From IMG/VR virus record IMGVR_UViG_3300027732_001399, positions 16,943 through 80,942 of that record: 64,000 bases of DNA; one strand, given 5' to 3'. Each line of letters begins with the position of its first letter. Position 1 is the stretch's first letter. Source of the DNA: a virus (Duplodnaviria > Caudoviricetes). Below the pieces are notes generated by a model. The model worked only from the letters and a program-made list of their open reading frames with translations, was not told the origin of the DNA and ran no database searches. Below, in pieces: positions 48,722 through 57,995 of this stretch. A program made the translations under genes and the position numbers.

Positions 48722-48973
48722 TTAAATTAATTCTTGTGTTAATGTATCTTTAGGTTTAATGCCTCGATCTAGGCTTATTTTATCTTTGAGTATTTTAAGG
48801 AATATCTTCTTCTCATCAAATGTAATATTCCATAGGTCGTTATAACTCTGCCCTGAGTATATAGCCAATGTTGCAATATCTTCTATTATGGCTTTTGATT
48901 CCTTGTCTAAAGAGTTTAAGAACTTTAGAATGTCTGGCCCAGACTTCAGGGATAAAAGCCTTATGCGAAAAAA
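48722..48973 (-). CDS. ATG-less ORF (gp51-like position), probable -1 frameshift extension of the gp26-like gene
   Basis: FFRIRLLSLKSGPDILKFLNSLDKESKAIIEDIATLAIYSGQSYNDLWNITFDEKKIFLKILKDKISLDRGIKPKDTLTQELI*; the frame opens three codons before the slippery TTTTTTC. Confidence 0.7.
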   Translation of the reverse strand, partial: FFRIRLLSLKSGPDILKFLNSLDKESKAIIEDIATLAIYSGQSYNDLWNITFDEKKIFLKILKDKISLDRGIKPKDTLTQELI

Positions 48974-49800
48974 GTTGTTGGATTAAGATCTAGGCTAGAT
49001 TTAAATTCAGTGTTGCAATTTTTACAACTCACACTAAATTCTTTATCCACACCCATTGTACTGGTTGTCATTATGGATAATTCAATTTTTGAAAAATCAT
49101 TTTTGCTGAGATCGTTGATCCAGTCTTTGATGTTTGCATTATCAGTTACAGCTAGTCCGTCTGGTAATAACACAGTGTCTATACAGCTACTGACAATTTC
49201 TATGTTTTTTTCAGTTAAAATTTGATAACTTCGTTGCATTAGATTTACTTTAGTTGCTTCGTCTGCATTATTTTGTTCTGCAAGTTGTATATTTCTAATC
49301 TGTTCAAACTGCACCCAATTTAAGTTTAATAAATTTTGCACAGTAACTGGTTTGATAAAAATTTTAATTCCATTATCTAATTCAACAGGCTCTAAATTTT
49401 CAACAGTTTTTATACTGCTGATAATTTGATTCAAATTTATACTTACGTCATTGGCAGTGTCGCAGGCCGTGCATTTACATGCTACATCTAAATTATCACC
49501 ATACGTACAACGTTTGATACCAACTAACACAGCATCTAAGTCAATGGCCGGCATGGACATGGGATCAGTTATTGAAGGAACACAGCTATTAATCATTTGA
49601 GTTATTGCACTGCCGTTTAGTAAAGCATCTGCGTTTTTAAGCATTAGCTCATCTTTGGCGGTCAGTGGATAAATTGGGATCTCACCCATTTCGTTAAACT
49701 CTAAAGGTTTTTCTTTATAGAAATTGCCTTGGCTGGGCAACTTGATCCATATTCCAGGCTTTCTAAAATATTGTTTTAACGGGTTGATTTGATTTTCCAT
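48961..49800 (-). CDS. gp26: Baseplate hub assembly / tail chaperone (T4 gp26-like)
   Basis: YFRKP.IWIKLPSQG, PLTAKDE, DLDAVLVGIK, CKCTAC and CKNC zinc motifs; ends TTFFA. Confidence 0.75.
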   Translation of the reverse strand: MENQINPLKQYFRKPGIWIKLPSQGNFYKEKPLEFNEMGEIPIYPLTAKDELMLKNADALLNGSAITQMINSCVPSITDPMSMPAIDLDAVLVGIKRCTYGDNLDVACKCTACDTANDVSINLNQIISSIKTVENLEPVELDNGIKIFIKPVTVQNLLNLNWVQFEQIRNIQLAEQNNADEATKVNLMQRSYQILTEKNIEIVSSCIDTVLLPDGLAVTDNANIKDWINDLSKNDFSKIELSIMTTSTMGVDKEFSVSCKNCNTEFKSSLDLNPTTFFA

Positions 49801-49810
49801 TTTTTCTCCA

Positions 49811-49847
49811 ACTAAATAGTATATAAAGTAATTACTCTTTATTTATA
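49811..49847. promoter_or_regulatory. Overlapping late promoters: ACTAAATA (+, tape measure) and TATAAATA (-, gp26-like)
   Basis: actaaata at 49811-49818 on plus; tatttata at 49840-49847 reads TATAAATA on minus. Confidence 0.55.
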
Positions 49848-49857
49848 TACATATTTA

Positions 49858-52089
49858 ATGGCAGATTCAATTAAAGTCTACGGAACAATAAATCAAGCGA
49901 CCTCTGGCTTCGAGTTCTCTCTTGACGGCATGGCTAGTTACAGCCAAATGAAGAAGTTACTGGCAGTAACTGAATCTATGGCTAAAAAAATGGGAGCAGA
50001 TGCCACTGGTCCTAGTAAAGAAGAAAAAGAAGAAGTAGAGTTACTTAAAGATAAAAACAAGCAAACTCAGCAGTCTATTGATCTTGAAGAAGAACAACAA
50101 AAAAGATCCAATGAACTTGATAAAAAGTTTAGAGATTTAAGCAGAACTTCATCCTTTCTTCAAGGTAATTTAAGTGCCGCTGGCACAGGATACACAACAG
50201 GTTTAACATTATTAACCACAGGAGTTGGTTCATTATTAGGTGCATTAAGTGGGTATGCTGACCAATTACAGCTAGGTTTACAGCGTGGCATCAGTGGCGG
50301 AGTAATGGACTTTGCTATTGCTGCCAAAACAGGCGGTGTTAGTATGGCGTCATTTTCCAAAGCATTGGAAGAAAGTGGCGGAGCCTTTGCCAGTCTCGGT
50401 GACGGAGCAACTAATGGTGCTAAGAATTTTGGTAACTTGATAGGTAGTGTTAGAACAGCCACAGCAAGTGTAGGCAACTTAGGATTAAGCAATGATCAAC
50501 TGGCATTGCTTACGGCACAGCAGGTCAAGGTTGCTGTTTCACAGGGTTTTAAAGGCACTGCTGCTCAAAATGTCGTAATTAATAACACTCGCGCATTGGC
50601 TAAAGAATTAGATATACTGGCAAATCAAACAGGTAAGAGTGTTTTAGAAATGACTCAGGCTGCGATAAAATTAGCACAAGATCCATTGGTAAGTAGCTTT
50701 GTTAGAGATATTAAAGTAGGCGGAGCAGGCGCTGCCAAAGCATTGAATTCATATGCCGCAAACTTTAGTGCGCTATTTGGCAAAGAAGGCGATAAACTAG
50801 CACGTGATACTATTGGTCCTGCACTGTCCGGACTGCCAATGATTGTTAATGACACTGGTAAAAACCTAGCATTAGCCAGTCAAAGCACATACAATGAAAT
50901 AGATAGGCTGGCACAAAAAGCTCGCAGTGGCGAAGCAATGACCGATGAAGATAGAAAACGTTTATCTGAAACAATTAAAAAAGAAGTTGCACAGCGTGGC
51001 CAAGAACTTCGATACATGTCTGAACTAGGTGGACCAATGGGCGAAAGTGCCAAACAGTTTCTGTCATTGGCGCAGGAAGTTGAAAACTATAATAGTGCCG
51101 CAGGCGAGCAACGTAGAAAAGAAGACAAAGCCGCACAAGAGTTTAATACTGCAATGAATCAGTTTAAAGCAAATGTACAAGCACTTGCAATACCATTTTT
51201 AAATTTAATTAATGGCATTGACTGGACAGTTTTCATTAACACTATCAGTGCATTTGCTTCGGGATTAGGCTTTGTATTACATTTACTTGATCCGATTGGT
51301 AAATTTTTAGGCATGGGTCCTGGCGGATTAATAGGTGCAATATTAGGCCTAGTAGCAGTTATAGCCATAGGAAAGACTGGCTATGGATTATTGAATAAAT
51401 CAGTGACATCTATGGCAGCTACCTTTACAGAATCGGCTGCAAAAATTAAATTAGCTGCCGATCAGTTACGTAATTTAACAGGGGGTAAAAATCCAGTAAA
51501 TTACAAACAAGGCGGCCCTGGAGGATTTACTGGCCCTACAACAATTGAAAACGCAACAGGAAAAATTGGCAAAGGCATGGCCCGAGCAGGTGTAGCTGGA
51601 GGTATTGGCGGTATGATGGGCGGCGGCTTGGGTCAAATGGGCGGCGAATATGCTACAGAGAAATTGGGTCAAGAAAAAAACTCAGGTGGTGCAATTGGTG
51701 GAACAACAGGTGCATTAGCCGGAGGCATTGCAGGCGCGGCAATTGCTGGAGGATTAACAGTTGGCACAGCCGGTCTAGGCGCATTTGTTGCACCTGCAAT
51801 TATCACTGGCATGTCAGCACTGGGAGGTTTCCTGGGTAACGTTGTCGGTAATACAATTGGTGATTGGATGAGTGATGATTCGTCTAGCCTAGCCGAAACA
51901 GACATGGCAGCAGTGGATCAAAGTAATCAATATCAGCAGGCCAGTTTGAAACAAGGCCAGCAATTAAATGCCAAAATTGATGCGCTAAATGAAAATATGG
52001 GATATGGTAATAGTATAAATGCTAGGGGTGTAGCTGTAGCAGAAACAGGCAATAGACAAATAGCCAACTTACAATACGGCAATGCTTAA
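49858..52089 (+). CDS. Tail tape measure protein
   Basis: 743 aa, Ala/Gly-rich and helical, with hydrophobic segments and a glycine-zipper C-terminus; next to the chaperone gene. Confidence 0.7.
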   Translation: MADSIKVYGTINQATSGFEFSLDGMASYSQMKKLLAVTESMAKKMGADATGPSKEEKEEVELLKDKNKQTQQSIDLEEEQQKRSNELDKKFRDLSRTSSFLQGNLSAAGTGYTTGLTLLTTGVGSLLGALSGYADQLQLGLQRGISGGVMDFAIAAKTGGVSMASFSKALEESGGAFASLGDGATNGAKNFGNLIGSVRTATASVGNLGLSNDQLALLTAQQVKVAVSQGFKGTAAQNVVINNTRALAKELDILANQTGKSVLEMTQAAIKLAQDPLVSSFVRDIKVGGAGAAKALNSYAANFSALFGKEGDKLARDTIGPALSGLPMIVNDTGKNLALASQSTYNEIDRLAQKARSGEAMTDEDRKRLSETIKKEVAQRGQELRYMSELGGPMGESAKQFLSLAQEVENYNSAAGEQRRKEDKAAQEFNTAMNQFKANVQALAIPFLNLINGIDWTVFINTISAFASGLGFVLHLLDPIGKFLGMGPGGLIGAILGLVAVIAIGKTGYGLLNKSVTSMAATFTESAAKIKLAADQLRNLTGGKNPVNYKQGGPGGFTGPTTIENATGKIGKGMARAGVAGGIGGMMGGGLGQMGGEYATEKLGQEKNSGGAIGGTTGALAGGIAGAAIAGGLTVGTAGLGAFVAPAIITGMSALGGFLGNVVGNTIGDWMSDDSSSLAETDMAAVDQSNQYQQASLKQGQQLNAKIDALNENMGYGNSINARGVAVAETGNRQIANLQYGNA

Positions 52090-52095
52090 TAAATA
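52088..52095 (+). promoter_or_regulatory. Putative late promoter (AATAAATA) for the portal operon
   Basis: TAAATA core upstream of the AGGA RBS and the ATG at 52119. Confidence 0.5.
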
Positions 52096-52118
52096 CTACA
52101 ACAGGATTAATAAACAAT

Positions 52119-53849
52119 ATGTCATGGCGTAAGCATTTTCAGATACCACAAACAGCAAACGAAGTAGCCAAATCACAGGCTGCTACAGGTAACCATCACG
52201 GCAGTAGTAGCAAGTTCAGCAGTTGGTTAAAAGACGTATACGCAGGCACACCAAATCGTGTTGAGCGTTATATGCAGTATGAAGTCATGGATCAGGACAG
52301 CGAAGTCAATGCCGCACTGGACACTGTAGCAGAATTCTGCACACAATTTGACTACGAAAGTAATATGCCTTTTAAAGTCGAACATTTTAATGAACCAACG
52401 GAAGCAGAAGTAAACGTATTAACCCGTAGTCTACGTCAGTGGAGTATGATCAATGACTGGAACAAGCGCATATGGCGAATGATGCGTAGTACAATCAAGT
52501 ATGGCGATGGCTTTTTTATTCGTGATCCTGAAACATATGAATTGTTATATGTTGATGGTGCAGACGTTAGTAAAATTATTATTAATCAAAGCAAAGGCCG
52601 CGAAGTAGAACAATATATTATTAAAAATATTAGTATTAATATTGCTGACAAAGTAGCAACTAATCCATTAATTGCGGATCAAAACTATGGTCCAACACAG
52701 TTTAACAAAAGTGCGTTTACACAATTTGCCAGTGCCAATACAGGCAGTAACAGCAATACAAATAATACAGAAACGGCAGTGGATGCCAGTCATGTACTGC
52801 ATTTGAGCCTCAGCGAAGGCATGGATACTAACTATCCATTTGGCACAAGTATATTAGAATCAGTGTACAAAGTGTTTCAACAGAAAAGTTTATTAGAAGA
52901 CAGTATCATTATCTATCGGGTACAACGTGCCCCGGAACGTAGAGTATTTTACATTGACGTGGGTAATATGCCAGCTAACATGGCCATGTCATTTGTAGAA
53001 CGTGTTAAGAATGAAATACATCAACGTCGTATGCCAAGTCGCACCGGCGGCGGTACTAGCATCATGGATGCCAGCTATAACCCATTAAGCATGTTAGAAG
53101 ACTACTTCTTTGCACAGACCGCCGAAGGTCGTGGTAGTAAAGTTGAAGTATTACCAGGTGGTGATAACCTGGGTCAAATCGATGACTTGAAATATTTTAC
53201 CAACAAATTAATGCGGGCAATGCGTATTCCCAGTAGCTATATGCCCACAGGGCCAGATGATGGCACAGCCACATACAATGATGGCAGAGTAGGCACAGCT
53301 TTTATTCAAGAGTATCGCTTTAACAAATATTGCCAACGTTTACAGAATCTGATTATTAATCCTTTGGACAAAGAATTTAAAATGTTCTTGAAACACAAAG
53401 GTATTGAACTAGATTCCAGTACATTTAAATTAAGTTTCTTACCTCCACAGAGCTTTAGTGAGTATCGTGACATTGAAGTTAACAATGCAAGAGCCGCAGT
53501 ATTCGGACAACTTGCAGAAGTACAATACATTAGCAGACGTTTTGCACTAAAGAAATATCTAGGCTTGACCGAAGAAGAAATTGTGGAAAACGAAGTAAAA
53601 TGGTTGGAAGAAAATCCAGAAGCTGGAGAAGGACTGACACCTCCAGGTAATGCTGCCATGGCAGCTGGAGATTTAACTGGACTAGGAGTAACTCGTCCAA
53701 CAGAAGATGACTTTGGACAAATAGATCAATTAGGACAAGAGGTTCAAGCTGAACCAGGAGCAGAAGCCGCAGGTCAAGTCAGTCCGTTAGGCGGAGCGCC
53801 AGCACCGACATTAGGCGGAGCACCTCCAGCACCAGGAGCAACTCGATGA
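52119..53849 (+). CDS. gp20: Portal vertex protein (gp20-like)
   Basis: LLEDSIIIYRVQRAPERRVFYIDVGNMP, LSMLEDYFF, EGRGSKVEVLPGGDNLGQIDDLKYF. Confidence 0.96.
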   Translation: MSWRKHFQIPQTANEVAKSQAATGNHHGSSSKFSSWLKDVYAGTPNRVERYMQYEVMDQDSEVNAALDTVAEFCTQFDYESNMPFKVEHFNEPTEAEVNVLTRSLRQWSMINDWNKRIWRMMRSTIKYGDGFFIRDPETYELLYVDGADVSKIIINQSKGREVEQYIIKNISINIADKVATNPLIADQNYGPTQFNKSAFTQFASANTGSNSNTNNTETAVDASHVLHLSLSEGMDTNYPFGTSILESVYKVFQQKSLLEDSIIIYRVQRAPERRVFYIDVGNMPANMAMSFVERVKNEIHQRRMPSRTGGGTSIMDASYNPLSMLEDYFFAQTAEGRGSKVEVLPGGDNLGQIDDLKYFTNKLMRAMRIPSSYMPTGPDDGTATYNDGRVGTAFIQEYRFNKYCQRLQNLIINPLDKEFKMFLKHKGIELDSSTFKLSFLPPQSFSEYRDIEVNNARAAVFGQLAEVQYISRRFALKKYLGLTEEEIVENEVKWLEENPEAGEGLTPPGNAAMAAGDLTGLGVTRPTEDDFGQIDQLGQEVQAEPGAEAAGQVSPLGGAPAPTLGGAPPAPGATR

Positions 53850-54058
53850 AATTATTTGAAATAAAACACGAAGATGGCATTGTTGATCCATCTAAAAACG
53901 AACTCGAAACTAGTAAAAAAACAGATACTAGACGTCCTAGACTAACACTAGAACACTTGGGAAAACTACGAAAAATGCGTGAAATTCGTAAACTTGAAAT
54001 AGAATCTAGAAAAGACCTTTTCAAGAAGATCTACGCAAGACCTCCAGCAATGGAATAA
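53846..54058 (+). CDS. Small basic head-region protein
   Basis: 70 aa, ATGA-coupled to portal; DTRRPRLTLEHLGKLRKMRE. Confidence 0.65.
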   Translation: MKLFEIKHEDGIVDPSKNELETSKKTDTRRPRLTLEHLGKLRKMREIRKLEIESRKDLFKKIYARPPAME

Positions 54059-54183
54059 ATCTACTATACTTACTCTGAGTTTCTTTTAGAAAACTGGGTT
54101 TTTAACTCTGTTTTAGTGCTATTCTTGTAATCTTTCTTAAATATATTACAGACTAAATTACTTTGGCCAAAAGGAGAAACACA

Positions 54184-54996
54184 ATGTCTAAACATACATT
54201 AGAGCAGGTATTAGAAGCCCTTATCAACAAGGAAGATGATCGTGCAAGCGAATTGCTACATCAGTTTTTTGTTCAAAAAGGAAAGTCAATTTATGAAGAA
54301 CTTAGTTCTTTTGACGAACAACTAGAAGAAGATGAAGAAGCAGATCTTGAAGAAGGTATTGGCGGTTCACCTGCCCATGACTTCGAAGAGGAAATCATTG
54401 CTGACGAATCTGATCTAGAAGACGAAAAATTATTCAGCGAAGCAGACGAAGAAGGTGAAGATCCTATGTCTGCTGAAGAGCCAACAGAGCCAGAAGCAAC
54501 TGCTGACTTGGCCATGGGCGGCGACATGCCGGCTGAAGAGCCAGCACCAGAAGGCGAATTGCTACAAAAAGCAGACGACGCTATCGACGAATTAAAAGCA
54601 ATCTTTGCTGAAATTATGGGCGCACAAGGTGGTGACATGCCAACTGATGAACCTGCAATGGATGACATGCCAGCTGAAGAGCCAACAAAAGAAAGCTTCC
54701 GTGCTTTCGGTGAAGCAGTTGCAATGAAAGCTGTTAGTGCTCCGACTCCAGGCGATAATGGTGCAAACACACGTAGCCCAGTGAGTTCTGGTAGTAAAAT
54801 CAGTGCCAATGGCGCAAGCGCAGTTAAAGTTAACAGTGGTAATGTAGCTGGTGGTAAAGCTGATTCTGCTAAAGAAGACGACGCTGGCAATGTAAATAAA
54901 GTTGGCAATGCCAAAGCTCCTGCACTTAGAGGTGTTGCAGTTCCTAAAATGAACAGCGATACAGCTGCCAACAAAACTAGTCCTGTAGCGAAATAA
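54184..54996 (+). CDS. Acidic prohead core / scaffold-associated protein
   Basis: Very Glu/Asp-rich; AGGAG RBS before MSKHT; cttaaata at 54136-54143; lies between portal and protease. Confidence 0.65.
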   Translation: MSKHTLEQVLEALINKEDDRASELLHQFFVQKGKSIYEELSSFDEQLEEDEEADLEEGIGGSPAHDFEEEIIADESDLEDEKLFSEADEEGEDPMSAEEPTEPEATADLAMGGDMPAEEPAPEGELLQKADDAIDELKAIFAEIMGAQGGDMPTDEPAMDDMPAEEPTKESFRAFGEAVAMKAVSAPTPGDNGANTRSPVSSGSKISANGASAVKVNSGNVAGGKADSAKEDDAGNVNKVGNAKAPALRGVAVPKMNSDTAANKTSPVAK

Positions 54997-55000
54997 TAAG

Positions 55001-55633
55001 ATGGCCTTACCATTAGTAGAAGCTCTTACATACGACCAAGCCGGTATCCGCACTCAACTTGTGGAAAACCAGAGTGGCGGCAAAGATCTCTACATGGAAG
55101 GCATTTTCATCCAAGGCGGTGTTAAAAATCAAAACCAAAGAGTTTACCCCGTAAATGAAATCGCTAAGGCATGTAGTAACATTGCTGAAAAAATTAAAAA
55201 TGGTTATAGTGTGTTAGGCGAAGCCGATCACCCAGATGACCTGCAAGTTAACTTAGACCGTGTCAGTCACATGATTACAAACATGTACATGACTGAAAAC
55301 AACGGTATAGGTAAGCTAAAAATTCTACCAACCCCAATGGGTAACATTGTAAAAACTCTTTTAGAGTCTGGTGTTAAACTTGGCGTGAGTAGCAGAGGAT
55401 CAGGTAACGTCAACGAATCTGGTGGCGTTACTGATTTTGAAATTGTCACGGTAGACATCGTGGCACAACCTAGTGCTCCGGCAGCATATCCCAAAGCAAT
55501 ATATGAGCGTGTAATGCACGATCGTAGACGCCACGCCTTAATGGACGTTGCAAGTGCAGTAAGACATGATGCAAGAGCGCAAAGATACCTCCAGGAAGAG
55601 GTTCTTAGGTTCATCACCAACTTGAACAAGTAA
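55001..55633 (+). CDS. gp21: Prohead core protease (gp21-like)
   Basis: LYMEGIFIQ..KNQNQRVYP, LGEADHP, LGVSSRGSG and DIVAQPSAPAAYP motifs. Confidence 0.95.
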   Translation: MALPLVEALTYDQAGIRTQLVENQSGGKDLYMEGIFIQGGVKNQNQRVYPVNEIAKACSNIAEKIKNGYSVLGEADHPDDLQVNLDRVSHMITNMYMTENNGIGKLKILPTPMGNIVKTLLESGVKLGVSSRGSGNVNESGGVTDFEIVTVDIVAQPSAPAAYPKAIYERVMHDRRRHALMDVASAVRHDARAQRYLQEEVLRFITNLNK

Positions 55634-55643
55634 GGGGAACAAG

Positions 55644-56750
55644 ATGAGCACATTAAAAGAACTATTCGGCGCTGAGGTTTTATCTGAGGAAGTAACAAGC
55701 CAACTACAAGAAGCTTGGGACTCTAAAGTTAAGCAACTACATGAAGAAGTGGAATCAAATCTACGTGAAGAATTTAGTCAGAGATACGAATCTGACAAAG
55801 GTCTAATCGTTGAAGCCGCTGACAAAATGATTACAGAAGCAATTCGCAGAGAAATCGCAGAATTCGCTGTAGACAAGCGTGAAGTTGTTGAAGCAAAAGT
55901 TGCATACAAAAAGCAAATTCGTGAACATGCCCAAATGTTAAACAAGTTTGTCATGGAACAGATGGCTAAAGAGATCAAAGAACTCAGAGAAGATCGTAAC
56001 ACACAAAAAGTAAACTTCGAGAAATTAGAAGAATTTGCTTTGCGTAAGTTGAGCTCAGAGCTAAAAGAACTAAAAGAAGATGAAGACAAACTAGTGCAAG
56101 CTAGAGTCAACTTAGTAACAGAAGGTAAAAAAGTTATCGCTGAAGCTAAAGTTAAATTCATCAAAGAAGCAGCTACAAAAGCTGAAAAATTACTAAGCGA
56201 AAGTCTACGTAGCGAGATCACTCAATTACGTGAAGACATTCAAATTAGTCGTGAAAACGCTTTCGGTCGTAAGATCATGGAAGCATTTGCAGGTGAGTTC
56301 ATGGCCAGCGGTTTTGCCGATGGTACACAGGTCAAGAAGTTAGGTGATCAAATCGCTACTTTGACTGCACGTTTAGATGAAACAGCTAAAACTGTTACAG
56401 CTAAAGATGCTGAACTAACACAAGCACAAAAGAAAATTCGCATTGCAGAAGACGCAGTAAAACGCCAATCTATTATGCAAGAATTGGTAGCACCACTTGG
56501 TAAAGAAAAACGTGGCATTATGGAAGATTTGCTAAAAACAACATCTACAGAATCTTTACGTGAGTCATATAACAAGTATCTACCAGCCGTTCTTAACGAA
56601 ACAGCCTCTGCTACAAAAGCAAAAACTGTAATTAGTGAGAGCGCCACATCGCAGACGACTGCGATGACTGGCAACAAAACTTCTAGTGAAGAATCTGCAG
56701 GCGCAGATATTATATCACTACGTAAGCTCGCCGGAATTGGAAAAATTTAA
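55644..56750 (+). CDS. gp22: Prohead scaffold protein (gp22-like)
   Basis: Long coiled coil between the protease and capsid genes. Confidence 0.8.
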   Translation: MSTLKELFGAEVLSEEVTSQLQEAWDSKVKQLHEEVESNLREEFSQRYESDKGLIVEAADKMITEAIRREIAEFAVDKREVVEAKVAYKKQIREHAQMLNKFVMEQMAKEIKELREDRNTQKVNFEKLEEFALRKLSSELKELKEDEDKLVQARVNLVTEGKKVIAEAKVKFIKEAATKAEKLLSESLRSEITQLREDIQISRENAFGRKIMEAFAGEFMASGFADGTQVKKLGDQIATLTARLDETAKTVTAKDAELTQAQKKIRIAEDAVKRQSIMQELVAPLGKEKRGIMEDLLKTTSTESLRESYNKYLPAVLNETASATKAKTVISESATSQTTAMTGNKTSSEESAGADIISLRKLAGIGKI

Positions 56751-56760
56751 GGAGACTATC

Positions 56761-57927
56761 ATGTCTGAAAAACTTTTCGAAGCCCAGAACTGGACTGCAA
56801 CAAAAGACGTTCTACTAGAAGGCTTAAATGGCAATAAAAAAGCCGTTATGGAAACCGTGTTAGAAAACACAAAGAAAAACATCATGGAATCTGCTAGCGC
56901 AGGTGCCACACAAGCTGGTAACGTGGCTGTGTTAAACAAGGTAATTTTGCCTGTTATCCGTCGTGTTATGCCAACCGTTATCGCTAACGAAATCGTTGGT
57001 GTTCAACCTATGACTGGTCCAGTTGGACAGATCCATACATTGCGTGTACGTTATGCTCAAACAGCTAATGGCGCAACTGCTGGTTCTGAAGCACTAAGCC
57101 CATTCGATATCGCTACAGCATACTCTGGTGCTAGTTCTGGTAAAGCAGAAGCTACAAGTACTTTAGAAGGTACACCAGGTAACAAGTTAAGCATTCAAGT
57201 ATTGAAGCAAACTGTTGAAGCTAAAACACGTAAGATGTCTGCTCGTTGGACATTCGAAGCCGCGCAAGATGCACAAGCAATGCACGGTTTGGATGTTGAA
57301 GCAGAAATTATGGCTGCTTTGGCTCAAGAAATCACAGCTGAAATTGACCAAGAATTGTTAGCAAGTCTAGCAACATTGGCTGGAACAGCTACACACACGT
57401 TTGATCAAACTAGTGGTTCATTCACTGGTACTGCTACTTATGTTGGTGACCAACACGCTGTATTGGCAATCATGATCAATGATGTTGCTAACCGTATTGC
57501 TCAGCGTACACGTCGTGGTGCTGGTAACTTCGTAGTTGTTAGCCCAACAGCTTTAACAATTCTACAAAGTGCTACTACAAGTGCATTTGCACGTACAACA
57601 GAAGGTACATTCGAAGCTCCAACAAACACAAAGTTTGCTGGTACATTGAACAGTTCTGTTAAAGTTTACGTCAACAGCTATGCTTCAGCTACTGCTCCAT
57701 TGTTAGTTGGTTATAAAGGCCCTAACGAAATGGACGCTGCCGCATTCTATTGCCCATACATTCCATTGATGAGTTCTGGTGTTGTATTAGATCCATCAAC
57801 AATGGAACCAGTAGTTAGCTTCATGACACGTTATGGTTATGTTGAGTTAACAAACACAGCATCATCTCTTGGTAATGCTGCCGACTACCTAGGTAAAATT
57901 GCTATTGGTGACGTTAAGTACATGTAA
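56761..57927 (+). CDS. gp23: Major capsid protein (gp23-like)
   Basis: RRVMPTVIANEIVGVQPMTGPVGQI, VEAKTRKMSARWT, FYCPYIPL and FMTRYG motifs; AAGGAG RBS before the ATG at 56761. Confidence 0.97.
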   Translation: MSEKLFEAQNWTATKDVLLEGLNGNKKAVMETVLENTKKNIMESASAGATQAGNVAVLNKVILPVIRRVMPTVIANEIVGVQPMTGPVGQIHTLRVRYAQTANGATAGSEALSPFDIATAYSGASSGKAEATSTLEGTPGNKLSIQVLKQTVEAKTRKMSARWTFEAAQDAQAMHGLDVEAEIMAALAQEITAEIDQELLASLATLAGTATHTFDQTSGSFTGTATYVGDQHAVLAIMINDVANRIAQRTRRGAGNFVVVSPTALTILQSATTSAFARTTEGTFEAPTNTKFAGTLNSSVKVYVNSYASATAPLLVGYKGPNEMDAAAFYCPYIPLMSSGVVLDPSTMEPVVSFMTRYGYVELTNTASSLGNAADYLGKIAIGDVKYM

Positions 57928-57949
57928 TTCGAAAGAATTATTTCGTAAT

Positions 57950-57976
57950 AAAAAGGACTCTTCGGGGTCCTTTTTT
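57950..57976 (+). terminator. Intrinsic terminator after the major capsid gene
   Basis: aaaaaggactc-ttcg-gggtcctttttt with a cUUCGg tetraloop and T run; preceded by a taattc-gaaa-gaatta hairpin. Confidence 0.9.
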
Positions 57977-57982
57977 ATTTTG

Positions 57983-57990
57983 GCTAAATA
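57983..57990 (+). promoter_or_regulatory. Late promoter (GCTAAATA), 5 nt before the ATG at 57996
   Basis: TAAATA core directly after the capsid terminator. Confidence 0.55.
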
Positions 57991-57995
57991 TTATT

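Noticed and set aside
54291-55013. 240-aa Ser-rich minus-strand ORF and similar antisense ORFs across the head genes
   Set aside because: Mirror frames of strongly codon-biased structural genes.
56686-56760. N-terminal extension of the major capsid protein in the ORF track
   Set aside because: Overlaps gp22; a strong AAGGAG RBS supports the start at 56761.
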